From Geosiphon pyriformis uo1 (lineage: Eukaryota; Fungi; Glomeromycota), in assembly GCA_016748015.1 (NCBI GenBank), contig JAAOMT010000697.1, positions 1,135,336 to 1,199,151 of the forward strand: DNA of 63,816 nucleotides. Direction: 5' to 3'. A program made the translations under genes and the position numbers. Under the pieces are notes generated by a model. It did no database searches. It was given only the letters and a program-made list of their open reading frames with translations, and was not told the DNA's origin. Below are positions 43,510 to 55,799 of this stretch, piece by piece (the first letter of the stretch is position 1; each line of letters begins with the position of its first letter).

Positions 43510-46500
43510 TTGAAACTTTGAAAAAGAAAACTGGTTATAGTGTTCAAGAGCATGTGCTAATCATTGAGTTACAGCAATTACATAAAATGTGCAAACAAAA
43601 TTCGAAGTAGTACAATTGTAAATTGAGTCTAATTAATAGCAATCTGTATAGATTAAAAAAAGATGTAAATAGCAAAAAAGAATCACTTAGATATGCTAAA
43701 CATAAATATTATGATTTTGCTCCAAATTTTACCAAAAAAGACAGCAGAAAAAAACTAACAAAAAGTTTACTAGACATATTATGATGGTTTCTAGCTGGCA
43801 AAAGTAACATTACATTTGACTTTTGGTTTGACTATAAGATATATTTTCTTTCTTATTGAAATAAAAAATTGGTAGATATTATATTATTATAATCATTTTT
43901 GGTAAGCAAGCAAATTATGATGTGTAGTACTTTGTATATGTCTCTTGTATTATCAATAAAATATGCATTTAAAGTGATAATCTGAGTTTTTTTAAAACAC
44001 AATAATGTTCTGTTTTTAATTTATAAATTTGCTCTTTCAATGTACATTACAATGTTTTTTGCTTCCAATTTTATTATTTCAGCATTACTGAAGTTGCACA
44101 ATTGTATATTAGATATATATATAACTGAATTATTTTTTGTATCTGCTTATTGCAAAATTGCCAGTTTAGAATATTTGATATAATTCTACATATTATAATT
44201 AGAACTTTCTCTGAATTTTTCAAATATGTGTTTTTTTGCTTGTATTTATTTAAGTTCTCTATAATACTGTTTGTACTATGTTTTGAACTGTTTTTTTGTC
44301 AAAATCTATTTTTTTTGTCTTTATTACAAATATTATAATATTATTTAAAATAACTATATAATTTACAGAACCAAAATTATGATTTTTATTAAGTTCATTA
44401 TTTGCTTTAAGTATAAAAAGTGGTTTGTCTATTTATAAATGCTTTACAGTTATGGTTAAAAATAAAAAAATAAACTCTTTATACATTATTTTGTTTTATG
44501 TTATTTTATTAAATACATTTGCATTTTTTAAAGCTTATTTATTAGCAATTTTAAAGTATTATTATTAACTTTTACTTTCTTGAATTTGTTTAAATTTAAT
44601 CAAAAAGTGTTATCAAGTAATAACCAACTGCTTTGTGTAAGATGTTTTGAAAAATATTATTTAGATTTCATTTTTATATGTCTTTTTACTCTTAATTTAT
44701 ACAAATAATTTAATCTAATACTTACTATTATTATTAATTAGAGCATCTTAAATAATTTTGTTAAACTAGAATTTATTGATTATTTTTTGTTTAACTGGCT
44801 TTTTAACCACAAAAAAAATTTTAAATTCATTTAATAAAAAAATTACTTAAAGATAGTAATATACAAAATATACTAAAATTTATTGAAATGTGGTTATTGT
44901 TGTTTAAACTAGTTGTTTAACAGATTGCAGTAAATTACAATTATACAATTAGAAAATAAATAATAAATAACAAAAAATAACTTAGTCATAATAATAAATA
45001 TAATAAAAATGTTTATTAAAAGTAATTATATATGGCTGTTACTAAACAAAAATTATATCTTGTCTGGTAGAATATAGGAAAGCTTTTTTTAAAATGTTTC
45101 TTTGATGTAAAAAACAAAACATAAAAAATTAAGTATATTAAAATATTTATTTTAACAATATCAGTTTAATTTTTAAAAAAATTTACAATTAATTTAATAT
45201 TAAATAAACTTTTTAAAAACAATTTATATTTGTTTTTTTTAGTGTAATAAAATAGTTAAACTACAAATTTTTATAATAAAATATTACAAACTTTAAATTA
45301 AAATAATTATTTATATGTTTGAATAATAAATATATATTAAATTAGATTGTTTAATTCTTGTTACTGTATTTCTAATAATATTTTATAGTATTGTATATTT
45401 GCACTTTTAAAAACAGAACAATATAAATCTTATAATTTCAAAAACAAATAAAATAATTAGAATATAATAATTGATATATATATATTGTTAATATTAATTT
45501 TATTTTTTTTGAAAAACAAAATATATTTTATTTAAAAATTTACTAAAGTAATTATATAAAAAAAAATATTTATATCTTTATACTTTAGTTATTTTAATAA
45601 AATCTATATTATATATTATCAATAATATTATTAAAATACTTAGCTTTACTTCTTATTTTTTTTTTTATTCAATTTTTAAGCACTTTAATTGAAAATTGAC
45701 TTTTTTATTAAAAATTTATTAAAACAAAAACAATAATACTTTTTTTTTATGTAGTTTGTAAAGTTTTATAATTATTTTTTTAAGTTTAAGACATATTTAA
45801 ACAAGTATTTAAGATAGAATATAGAATTAATTATAAATTTTATTGTAGAATAAAGTATTAACAGTGAATATGATTAAAAAAAACAATTTACAAAAATTTT
45901 GACTGGTTTGTTATTTGATTTAATAGAATAAATTGTGCTTTTAACAACATAGTTGTGTGTAAATAGTTTAATTTATAATTAATTTTCCAGTTTATCAAAC
46001 ATTAATTAAAATTATAAGTGTTTATTAAACATATATTATAACTATAGACTTAAAATAATTAATTTGTTAATTAAACAGTTGTTTTTCTAATGATTTATTT
46101 TGATGTTTGATTTTTATTATTTTTAATACTTTTTTATTGTTTTTAAAATAATACAGATTTTTCTGGTTATAAATTATGTTAGATTTATAATACTTATAAT
46201 ATAATAAACCAAAATTATCATATTTATTGTTATTTTTACTTAATTATAATATAAAAAATTATAGAAATTTGTTTGATAATATTTCAAAAATAATAAAAAA
46301 AACAACTCTTTATTTTAAATTTTTTGTTTTTTTTTGGTTTAATATAAGTTGATAGTAGTATTCATTTATTGTTTATTATTTTTTGTTCTTTTTAGTAAAT
46401 TGTATAAGTGATTTTTTTTATCTAGATATTTTTGAAGAGTTTGAATATTTTTAATTTTAAAAACATATAGAGTAATCTTTTCTTTTTGAGCTTTTTTTAA

Positions 46501-47807
46501 ATACTTATAATAGTGCTATAATTCTTTGGTTTTATGGTGAATTTGATGTAAATTAGTTTTAAATATATTATTTTTATATAGACATAATCTTATTCTGTCA
46601 TGAAATTAATTTAAAACAGTAATTTACATAAATTTGTTTATAAGTTACAGCTGTAACAATTAAAATGTTATTAATTAAATTAGTCAACTTTTAATTACAT
46701 CAGTCTCTCAATTAGTCACATAATAAAATGTTCACTTTGTTTGGTTTGGTTGCAGTCTGTCTAAATAAAATAAAATAAAATAAAATTATATTTTTATATT
46801 TTGAAAATTTATATATTTTTATAAAACATAATTTTTTTTATAATTATTCTTTAATGCCAATATTATTTAAAATTTGATTATAAAATATATAAATATATAT
46901 TTAGAATATTCTCAAATCATAAATAATATTGTAAAAATTATATATTAATAAATTTGATATATTTAAAAAAATTAATAAACTATTATAAATATATATATAA
47001 TTAAAATTTTTAAATTATATGTATAAACGTTTAAAATATTCATAAAAAATATGTTAAAATAAATAATATTTTAATTTAACAAAACCAAAATAAAAATTAT
47101 ATAAATGATAACAGAAATTTAAATTAAATAAAAAAATCGGAATATTCATGATAGTTAAAATAGAATCTTATATATTGCATTTATATTTGGAGTTATAACC
47201 TATTAAGTTACATTTTTAATATTTGCGAATGAAAATATGGGTTATATTATTTTCTAAAAATTAATTATAATAATGTTTTGAAATTACTTTTCAGAACAAA
47301 AGTCCGGATCTTTTGGTAAAAGAAAAAAAACGAATACTTGGATAATGTCAATATTGTGGAAAAAGAAGTTTTTACAATTTATTCATGAAAAATTAACAAG
47401 AAAAATTATAAGACAATTATCAGTTCATAATGCAAAGCTGCAGATTAAAACACTTTCAAATTGACCTGCACAATTACCAGATATTAAATTAGAAATTGGT
47501 GGCTTTTTGGTAGAGACTGTATTTATTTCAAAGTCTGAAACCCCAAATTCAAAGATAACTTTGATTTCTAAATCTTTTCAAATCAAATTAGCTTATTTTA
47601 AAAGTTTCAGCTTTATCATGGCTTAATGACCATAATATTTTCAAATTGGTTGGACAAAATTTATTTTTTCGTGTTCATTTTCCAAACATTTCTCCCCCAA
47701 TATATTAAACATCATGCTTTCGGTAAATGATTTATAATTCACGTGATGAGGTCGAATTTGAATAATTTTACAAGATTTTCATATTCAAATCATATTTTAA
47801 TTTTAAA

Positions 47808-49322
47808 ATGGGTTACTTTTTTCAAATTATTTTGCCAAATGTGTTCTTTATGATTTCGTTCTTTTTGTTCTTAAATTAAGACCTGTTTTTCGTTCCCAAT
47901 CAACAAATATACCTATTAAAATCCAAGAAAGGGTTTTGTTTAATGAGTATTTGGTAAAAGAACAACCTTACAATAAAACTCAACTATCATCTTTTTTCAA
48001 ACAAAATCAAATTGTTAATGAATCAATTCAAAAAAGAAATCCCCAAATTTCGCATAATAGATCAGCCGCTGACCTTTATAGTTAGTTGCTACAAAAGGAG
48101 ATAACGTTTTTAAAAAGACAGTTGAAGATATAGATATTTTGCGGGTATTGGATTCTGCGGCGAAATTTTCATGGATGGCATCTTGCCAACAAGTTTTAAA
48201 TAACAGAAAAAACTATTTGGTGGGTAAAAGACAATAAAAAGTTTGGGGTTAGTAAATAATAATCCTTTCTTGAAGTTCACTATTAATGATTAAAACCCCC
48301 CCCCATTTAATTTTATTTAATAAATCAATTTTTTTTTTTGAAACAGCAATATTTTCAGAAAAAACGATTGCTTTTAGTACTCCAGAGTATGATTTTGATT
48401 ATTTCACATTAGTTCCAAGCAATCGCAGATGGGATACCATTTCTTGCCCTCATGTAGAATATGGTTTGGTGACCGAAGTTTTTTATAAACGTTGGGAAAC
48501 CTGTAAAACTCGGTTCTGGGAGAAATTGAGAATTTTTTAAGAGAAAAATAATTTAACAGATCAATTGAACCAATATACATTTACAGGTTTTGGAATTGGA
48601 GCTGGTAAATAAAATTTATATTTATTGAAAAACTAATGTGGAAAGAAAATTCTAAAATTTACAATTTTTTTGCATTCTTAGTTTTAGCGGTATTTGCTGC
48701 ACTTGAATATAAAAGGGAATATATGAAAGCATCAATAACTCTTATTACATTCGTACAACCGAGAATTGGAAATAATCAATTCATCTATTATTTCGAACTC
48801 ATAGTGAAACCTTGGAGAGTAACTTATGGTGACGACTGGGTCCCTAATTTTCCAATTGAAGGTTTTGATCGTGAAAAAAAGAGGCTTAGTAATAAAGCTT
48901 TTAGATCTCCTGATATTCTATATAGACACTTTAGAAAAGAATTCTGGATAGAACCTTCATGCGATTGTGCAAACCTAAAAATTTATTTATGTTATCACAC
49001 GGTGACTTTAGATGAGAATGAGGTAATTTTCTATGTTCTTTGTTCTTTGTGCTTTCTGCTTTTTTTTTGAATTTCACAAAAGAATCAAATTTATCAATCT
49101 GATTAAAAAATATTATCGAGTTGCAACGGAAGAAATAATCCTTATAAAACAACATATCATACAAGTGGCTGGGAAGATTCAATGAAATATTATAAAGAAA
49201 CACATGCTGGTAACCGGCATCTAGGTCCATATTTAGGGCATATAATGTTTCAAGATTGTTTTACAACAAAAATACCTTTGCGACGAAAAACTTTGAAAGC
49301 CATCCTTTTCGGAACCAAATAG
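47808..49322 (+). pseudogene. Secreted class-3 lipase-like gene, recently pseudogenised, lacking catalytic Ser
   Basis: Hydrophobic N-terminus; AKFSWMASC; FTGFGIGA|intron; ITFVQPRIGN; RVTYGDDWVPNFP; YRHFRKEFWI..CDC; HLGPYLGHIM. Lesions: early frameshift/stop, TAA at 48538-40, and the last intron acceptor appears AG>CG. Confidence 0.8.
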
Positions 49323-50337
49323 AAGTTGTTTTTCTTTAAAATTTCCAAAAGATACAAGTAAATTATTTTGTCTTATTATATGTAATTTAAAACATCAGTC
49401 GATTTTTAAAATTTATTTATATTTTAAATTTGTAATTGTATGAATTTTGTCTTTTTTATTTTTATATTTTGAAATCATTTGCTTCAATTGAAATTTCTTT
49501 TTTGCTGTTAATACTAATATAAATATGTTGCAATTTTAAAACAGTGACCTTTTGATTTGATTACTTGAATTTAACACCTCAAAGTTATAAATATATATTT
49601 TCATCAGAGAAAACCAAAAAAATTAATGATGTCAATTGTTAATTCTAATCATAAACTAGAAAGTTATACAAGTATTAACAATAAAGGTTTGGTAATAAAT
49701 ACTTTACAAAATTTCTTGTGCATCATATCATACTGTATGTATACGTAATTGAATTTTATTTGTTTACACCACAAATTTCGGAGGAAAAATAACTTTTTAG
49801 TTTTCTCATTATAAAAACTTGGACATATTCTAAATTTGCCAAGAAATGATAATAATTTACAGTGATCGAAAAAAGTACATTTTTACTTTATAAATGTAAT
49901 GCATTGAAAGTTTTCTTACCGATTGTTTCACCTATCATAGGTCAACTTTGATTACAAGATCAAAAAATAGGAATCTTTTCCAGATAAGGAATAAACATGG
50001 AAGAATTTTATCTAATGATAAATAATTATCATATTTTTAAATAAAGAAATCCGGAAATTTTTCTTTAAATATAAAAAGAATTTAATCAATGTCCAAACAT
50101 TTGGTCCCACGATGCGATGTTAACTTTGAAACTTTTATTATGTTTTTGATTTGGAAAAATTTTCAAAACGAAAAGATTAATGAAAATATTTGAAATTTTA
50201 AGAATTTCTAATAATAAATAATTAGAAAGCTCTCCTGATTCTTTAGATTCGAAAAAATTTATGTTTAAAAAAAAAAAAAGATTTCTTTCAATAGAATTAT
50301 CAGATGGCCTTTAAATTTTAGAAAGTCTTTCAAACAT

Positions 50338-50612
50338 ATGATCCTCATGGAATTAATATTTCTGATTCTTTTATTTATTTTACCCTTCTTTTTATCTCGT
50401 CGACCCTTATTGGGATCAGGTTCGAAATTTATACAAATTTCTTTAATAAGAAATCACACAATACTTGATCATCCTATAAATTTTCAACAAACTTTGCTAT
50501 TTCCAAAAATTAAGAGGCAAGATTTGGAATTTTTCAAAACAGATAGCATCAAAGAAAAAAATAAATTAGAAGAAAGATATACTGGGCATTCTTTTTTTGT
50601 TAAAAGTCAAGT
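50338..50612 (+). CDS. N-terminus of a putative secreted protein (possibly another lipase-like paralog), truncated by assembly gap
   Basis: Signal-peptide-like MILMELIFLILLFILPFFLSRRP, reminiscent of the 47808 N-terminus; open up to the N run. Confidence 0.45.
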
Positions 50613-50632
50613 NNNNNNNNNNNNNNNNNNNN
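50613..50632. other. Scaffold gap (20 N)
   Basis: Run of N. Confidence 1.
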
Positions 50633-53310
50633 TATATTGATAAGAAGTATATTTTGTGAATTGTAATTTAAGAAGATTTATTCGAAATATATTTTTCAGA
50701 ATTATTACAAATGTAAACATTATAATATTATTTGTTAAGTTTTAGATCTTTTATTAATTTTTACATCTGGATATTTTTAATTATATTATTAGAATACAAT
50801 TCTTTGAATTATATTATGTAAGAATATTTAAGCATAAATCAATAGAAAATGCAAATAATAGAGAATTACAAATCAATAACTCATATTAGCCTTCTTAAAA
50901 CTATAAACTTGATAAATTTTTAATTAATTAAAAATTGCAATTGTTGAAAATTAAATTATTCTAACCCACATTTAACTTTGAATCTAAAAGTCTTTATCTT
51001 CTCAAAAACGCGTATGTAAATAAATGCTAACAAGAGCAAATCATTTTTTTAGATAATTATATAAAGCGATTTCTGATTTGATTTATTTGTCTTGTGATCA
51101 ATAATAATTTTAATATGATCTTTTTCAACTGGAATTGTAAAAAATAATTGATCTTGAAATGCTTTCAAAACTTTTTTTTATTGTTAAGCTTGATAGATTT
51201 GTAACCAGACACAAAAGTTCAATTAGGTCAACAAATTACCACCATTAGATATTTTAGTTTGATAACAATGTTAGAAATTTGTATTAGAAAACAAATAATA
51301 AACTTTTTTTGCCTGCATAAATGCTTTTTTTCTTAAAAGAATTCAAAAAAAATGAATAAATGTATGAAAAACTCAAAAATATCTACCTTTTTTAAATTTT
51401 TATGAATTCTCTTAATGACTTCATTATTATATGTATTTCTCACAAAATTATTATCAATAAAAATAATTTTTATACTGTTGATTTAATATGCTTTTAAAAA
51501 CATCTATTCTAATAATTCTATTATCTAGTTTTACATAAGAATTTTTGCAGAAATATTTTGCTTCAGTTTTACTGATTTTTAAATAAAATTTTATTATTTC
51601 TGTTTCTGTAAATTTCAATTTTTAATTATATATTTAGACTTAATGAATTGTAAAATAGTGGTTAAAATGTCAATAGAATTGTTAATATTTTTAGTTAAAA
51701 GAAAATTTATCATTGTGATAATTATGTTTTAATTAATAAAAAAAATGAAATATTATTTTTTCCAACAAAATCAATCACACCATCCTAGCTTGTAATTACT
51801 ATTAAAATTTTTCTAAATTTTTAACTTTAAAGATATAATAAACAGAAGCTCTTAATTTATTAGCTTAATAAAATCTATAATATTTTATTTTTAAATGTTA
51901 AACAAAGATTTGTAATTCAATTAGCTACAAAAATCCTCTCTTTAATTTTAGAAATTTTATTTCAGATTGATTTTTATTTTTTTATAATATTTAAAATTTA
52001 GAGCCATTTAAAAGAATTTTGAGCGGTTTAATAAATTTTATATTTCTTAGTGATAATTTTATAACCAAATAATTTTTTGGAGTGAAAAGTTTTTTTATTG
52101 TGAAATATTTAAAAGCAAAATATTTAAACCTAATCAGAAATAGAAAATTGGGTTATTGGCTTCTCAATTAATTAAAAAGTTAATTCTCTATTCAATTGAT
52201 CAAAAATATTATTAAAAGAGCTAAATATCCAAAAAAGTAGGTAAAAATGTATAAAATTTTTTTTATAATATTAATTAACTATTTATACAATCAATATTTT
52301 CGCATTAATAGTTGAAATAGCATATTCATTTTGATAATATATTTAAGATAATCTTGAATCAATTACATGTAATAAAAGTAAAAATAATTAACTAGCCAAA
52401 AAAATTGAGATTAAATTTGAAGAAAAATTTATTCCAAATTACAGGATTTTAGAGACTATTTTTAAATAATATTGACTTTAAATAATTTATTAATTGTCAA
52501 AATAAAATATTTTACAAGTATAAGAAATAATTATTAATTTTTTTATAAATTATTAAATCTTTCAAGAAAATAAATTTTCTTTAATTGAATTATTATTATT
52601 GTATTAATATTAATAATTCTATACTTATAAGAAAAACTCAAAAGTATTTATTTTTTTTGCAGCTATTTACCATAATTAATTTATAAAAACACTTATATTC
52701 TTATAATAAAAAACTCACTATAAGTTTATTAATCTTCACAAATAATTTAATAACTTAACTTTATTATATCTTAATTTAATTCTATATTAAATTGCAGCTT
52801 TTAATGTACTAAATATGTTTAAATACACTGATTAAAAATAAATAAAAACTTTTTTTCTCAGTTAAATATAAGTAAATATTTTTTTATAATAAATTAATGA
52901 AAAAATAAAAATATATTTTATCATATTGAGAAATAAATATAATAAATATTCTAATTAATATGATTAAAGTTTTATAAAATATTTAACTAATTATTATTTA
53001 ATTGTTTTATTAATTATTTGAAAAAATTTTCGAAAAATATGGTATTATACTTATTAAATATTTTTTAACAAATTCATATAAGTTTTTATAATTTGGATAA
53101 AAAACAAAAAATAAAAGATAAATATATAAATCAAATATTATAAAAAATGTTTTTTAAGTTTTATTTAATAGTATATTAAAACTTTTTTCAATAAGTTTTT
53201 ATTTGCATTAATACTGGTACAATTAATACTTTAAAATAAGCAAAACTTAATATTTTAATACATAAATTTCAAAAATATTTATATAAAAATAAAGTATTAT
53301 TTACTTTATA

Positions 53311-55546
53311 TTTTTTTTTATTAATATTTAATGAGTATAATCCAATTACTATCTAAAAATTAGGAACAAATTAAGTATTTTAGTGTTAAATATAGTTTAT
53401 GTAATTTTTATATATAACTGACTGCTTAAGCCAGTTCAGATTATACTACATTAATATTCTGGAAAAAAAACTTATCTAAAGAAGACATTTTCTAAACAAT
53501 TTTAAATAATATAGCATTATTATTAATTAATCCAACCAACCACTCAGCTGTTTTAAAGACATTAATCTTAATAGCAACAAATTTATGTTTTCAAAGTGAC
53601 ATTAAATTAAAAAAAATATTATTATCAAAAAAAGACAAACCAACATAAAGGCCATATATATTAATATTCACATAACTACATTCAATTTTTAAAGCAATTA
53701 TCTTATATTCCAGCTTACCAATAACTTTGCTAAAAAAACCTATATGTATTAAAACTTTATTAACTCTAAAGCCAAAAACACTACTCAAAACCAAGTCTTT
53801 ATTAACGAATTATTTAAACACTTTTATCATAGAACCAACAGACTTAACAATAGAATTAACCAGATCAAAAAGCTTGGCTAACTTCAATTCTAAAGAAATC
53901 AACAAAAAGAAAACCATAAAATCATCAGATATTATATTAGCTAAAAAAGTTAAACCAACTAAAAAACTAAAAACTAAAAGAAGCACAGAAGCAGTAGTTT
54001 TGACATAGGACCTGTTATTAATAACATAAGAGATGAATATCTTGAAAGTCTTAGAAAAAAAAAGTGGAGACATTTTATAATTCAAAGCCAAATAATCTGA
54101 ACTTTGGCACTAAAAGCAATGCCAATTTCTAGAAGTCTCCTATCAAATACAACATTTTTTCAATGTACTAGTCATAAAAACTATAGTATTTAAATCAATC
54201 TGAAAATTAAAAGTAATCAGAGCAAACCAGAAGCATTAACCAGAATTAAAAAAATAATGAATAAAACATGTATAATTACTAATTTAAAAATTATATTACT
54301 AATCTTAAAGACAGTATAACTAAAAAAAAAATTGAACAACTTGGCCTTAAATCTATTATAAAACAAAATAGTCTTATTTTAATTTACCAAGAAAAAAATT
54401 TTAACACTATTTTTGTTTACCAAAACTAACTAATAACTTAAAACAGATACAGCAAAGTCCAATTTTTTAAAATAAATAATCACATATTGCCAAATATTAG
54501 TAGACTTTAGCACAACATAAGCAATATTACTAAATACATTAAGAGCTGTCTTAATATTAGCAGCAAATACATCCAAAAACATATTATATAGCACAACAGC
54601 AGCAGAAAAAAAATTAAACTCAGAAACCACCAAAAACTTGACAATTTTGAGAATAACTAAACAAACAAAACTTGTAATTTCAACCAAAAATACAGTTTCC
54701 AAAGACACTTGAGAAGCAAACTCCATACAAAAAAGTTTTATATTGTTTTTTATTACTAATTTTGCACTTAGAAAACCATATACAGACTAAAAAACAGTCT
54801 TAACATAAGCCAATTTAATTTTAAAAGTAGTACTAAACATTAGAATTAAGGCTATCTATCCAGTAAATCTTTGACAATTAGCAATAGTTTCCCAAATACT
54901 ACTAGTAGCAATACTAGAAACCAGAAAAAAGGATAATTTAGTTTTTATTTGGTCAGTCCAGTTTTTAAAAATAGGTAACATTATAAAAGATAGTTGTTTT
55001 ACTTCTAAAATTGGCAATGATTTGCCAAAAAACACTACATTTAACAATACAGCCAATAATTAATCTTGGTCTATTTTGGATGATATATCAGATGATGCTA
55101 TAGAGATTATACCTAAGATTTTATTGAGAACCACAAAAAAATTTGGTGTAACAATAGCAAAAGTAAGTAATTGCTTCCACTTTTTTGAACTTTTGGTCTT
55201 TTTGACTAATTTGTTATTAAAAATTTTTGAGCTCTTTAAAAAAATAAAAACAACACTAAAATTAACCCAAATGTGTTTTTTTAAGAAAACTTTAACTGGT
55301 AAAGACCAGCCAAAGATAAAGAAGTTGTTTTAATAGCTATTAAAAGCAGCTTTTCATGATTATTAGATAAAAAAAGACTTTTAAAACGTTTTGCCTAGTT
55401 GTTTCTACAACAGAGTAAATTTTTTTAGTTGAAATTTTATTAGATATCTCAAGAAAAATATTAAATACAGTTTTTTTACTCTTTGTTTTAGTCATAATCA
55501 TGAAATTAAGGAGACAAAAAGTTTAATTTTATTGATTAAACAAAGA
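53311..55546 (-). mobile_element. ORF1-only non-autonomous LINE (~2.2 kb), second copy/subfamily
   Basis: ORF1 is homologous to 32468-34284. It has the conserved 3'UTR and poly(A) (T-run 53311-53319). TSD ttactttata (53301-10) / ttattttata (55547-56). The empty site is visible in the left arm at ~13630-13639. Confidence 0.88.
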
Positions 55547-55799
55547 TTATTTTATACCAAACAAATTTTTAATTATATATAATATTAATATCAATTTATT
55601 TAAATAAGTAGTTATTAATTTTTACTATAAAAAATGTTTTAAGTATAAACAAAAAAAATATTATTTTTATCAAGCAAAAAGTCTAAAAACTAATATATTT
55701 TTTTTTTAAATATTTATACTATATTATTTCTAAATTTAGCCAGTTTTTTCACTTTTATCAAAAAATTTTCAATAATATAATAAAATTAAAAATACTAAC

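Noticed and set aside
43820-43835. ggtttgactata as the right TIR pairing with the pogo-like end at 19555 (a giant element)
   Set aside because: Only ~9-10 bp match, with no subterminal repeat similarity.
43900-46750. Decayed coding-like or transposon-like sequence
   Set aside because: No motif recoverable by eye.
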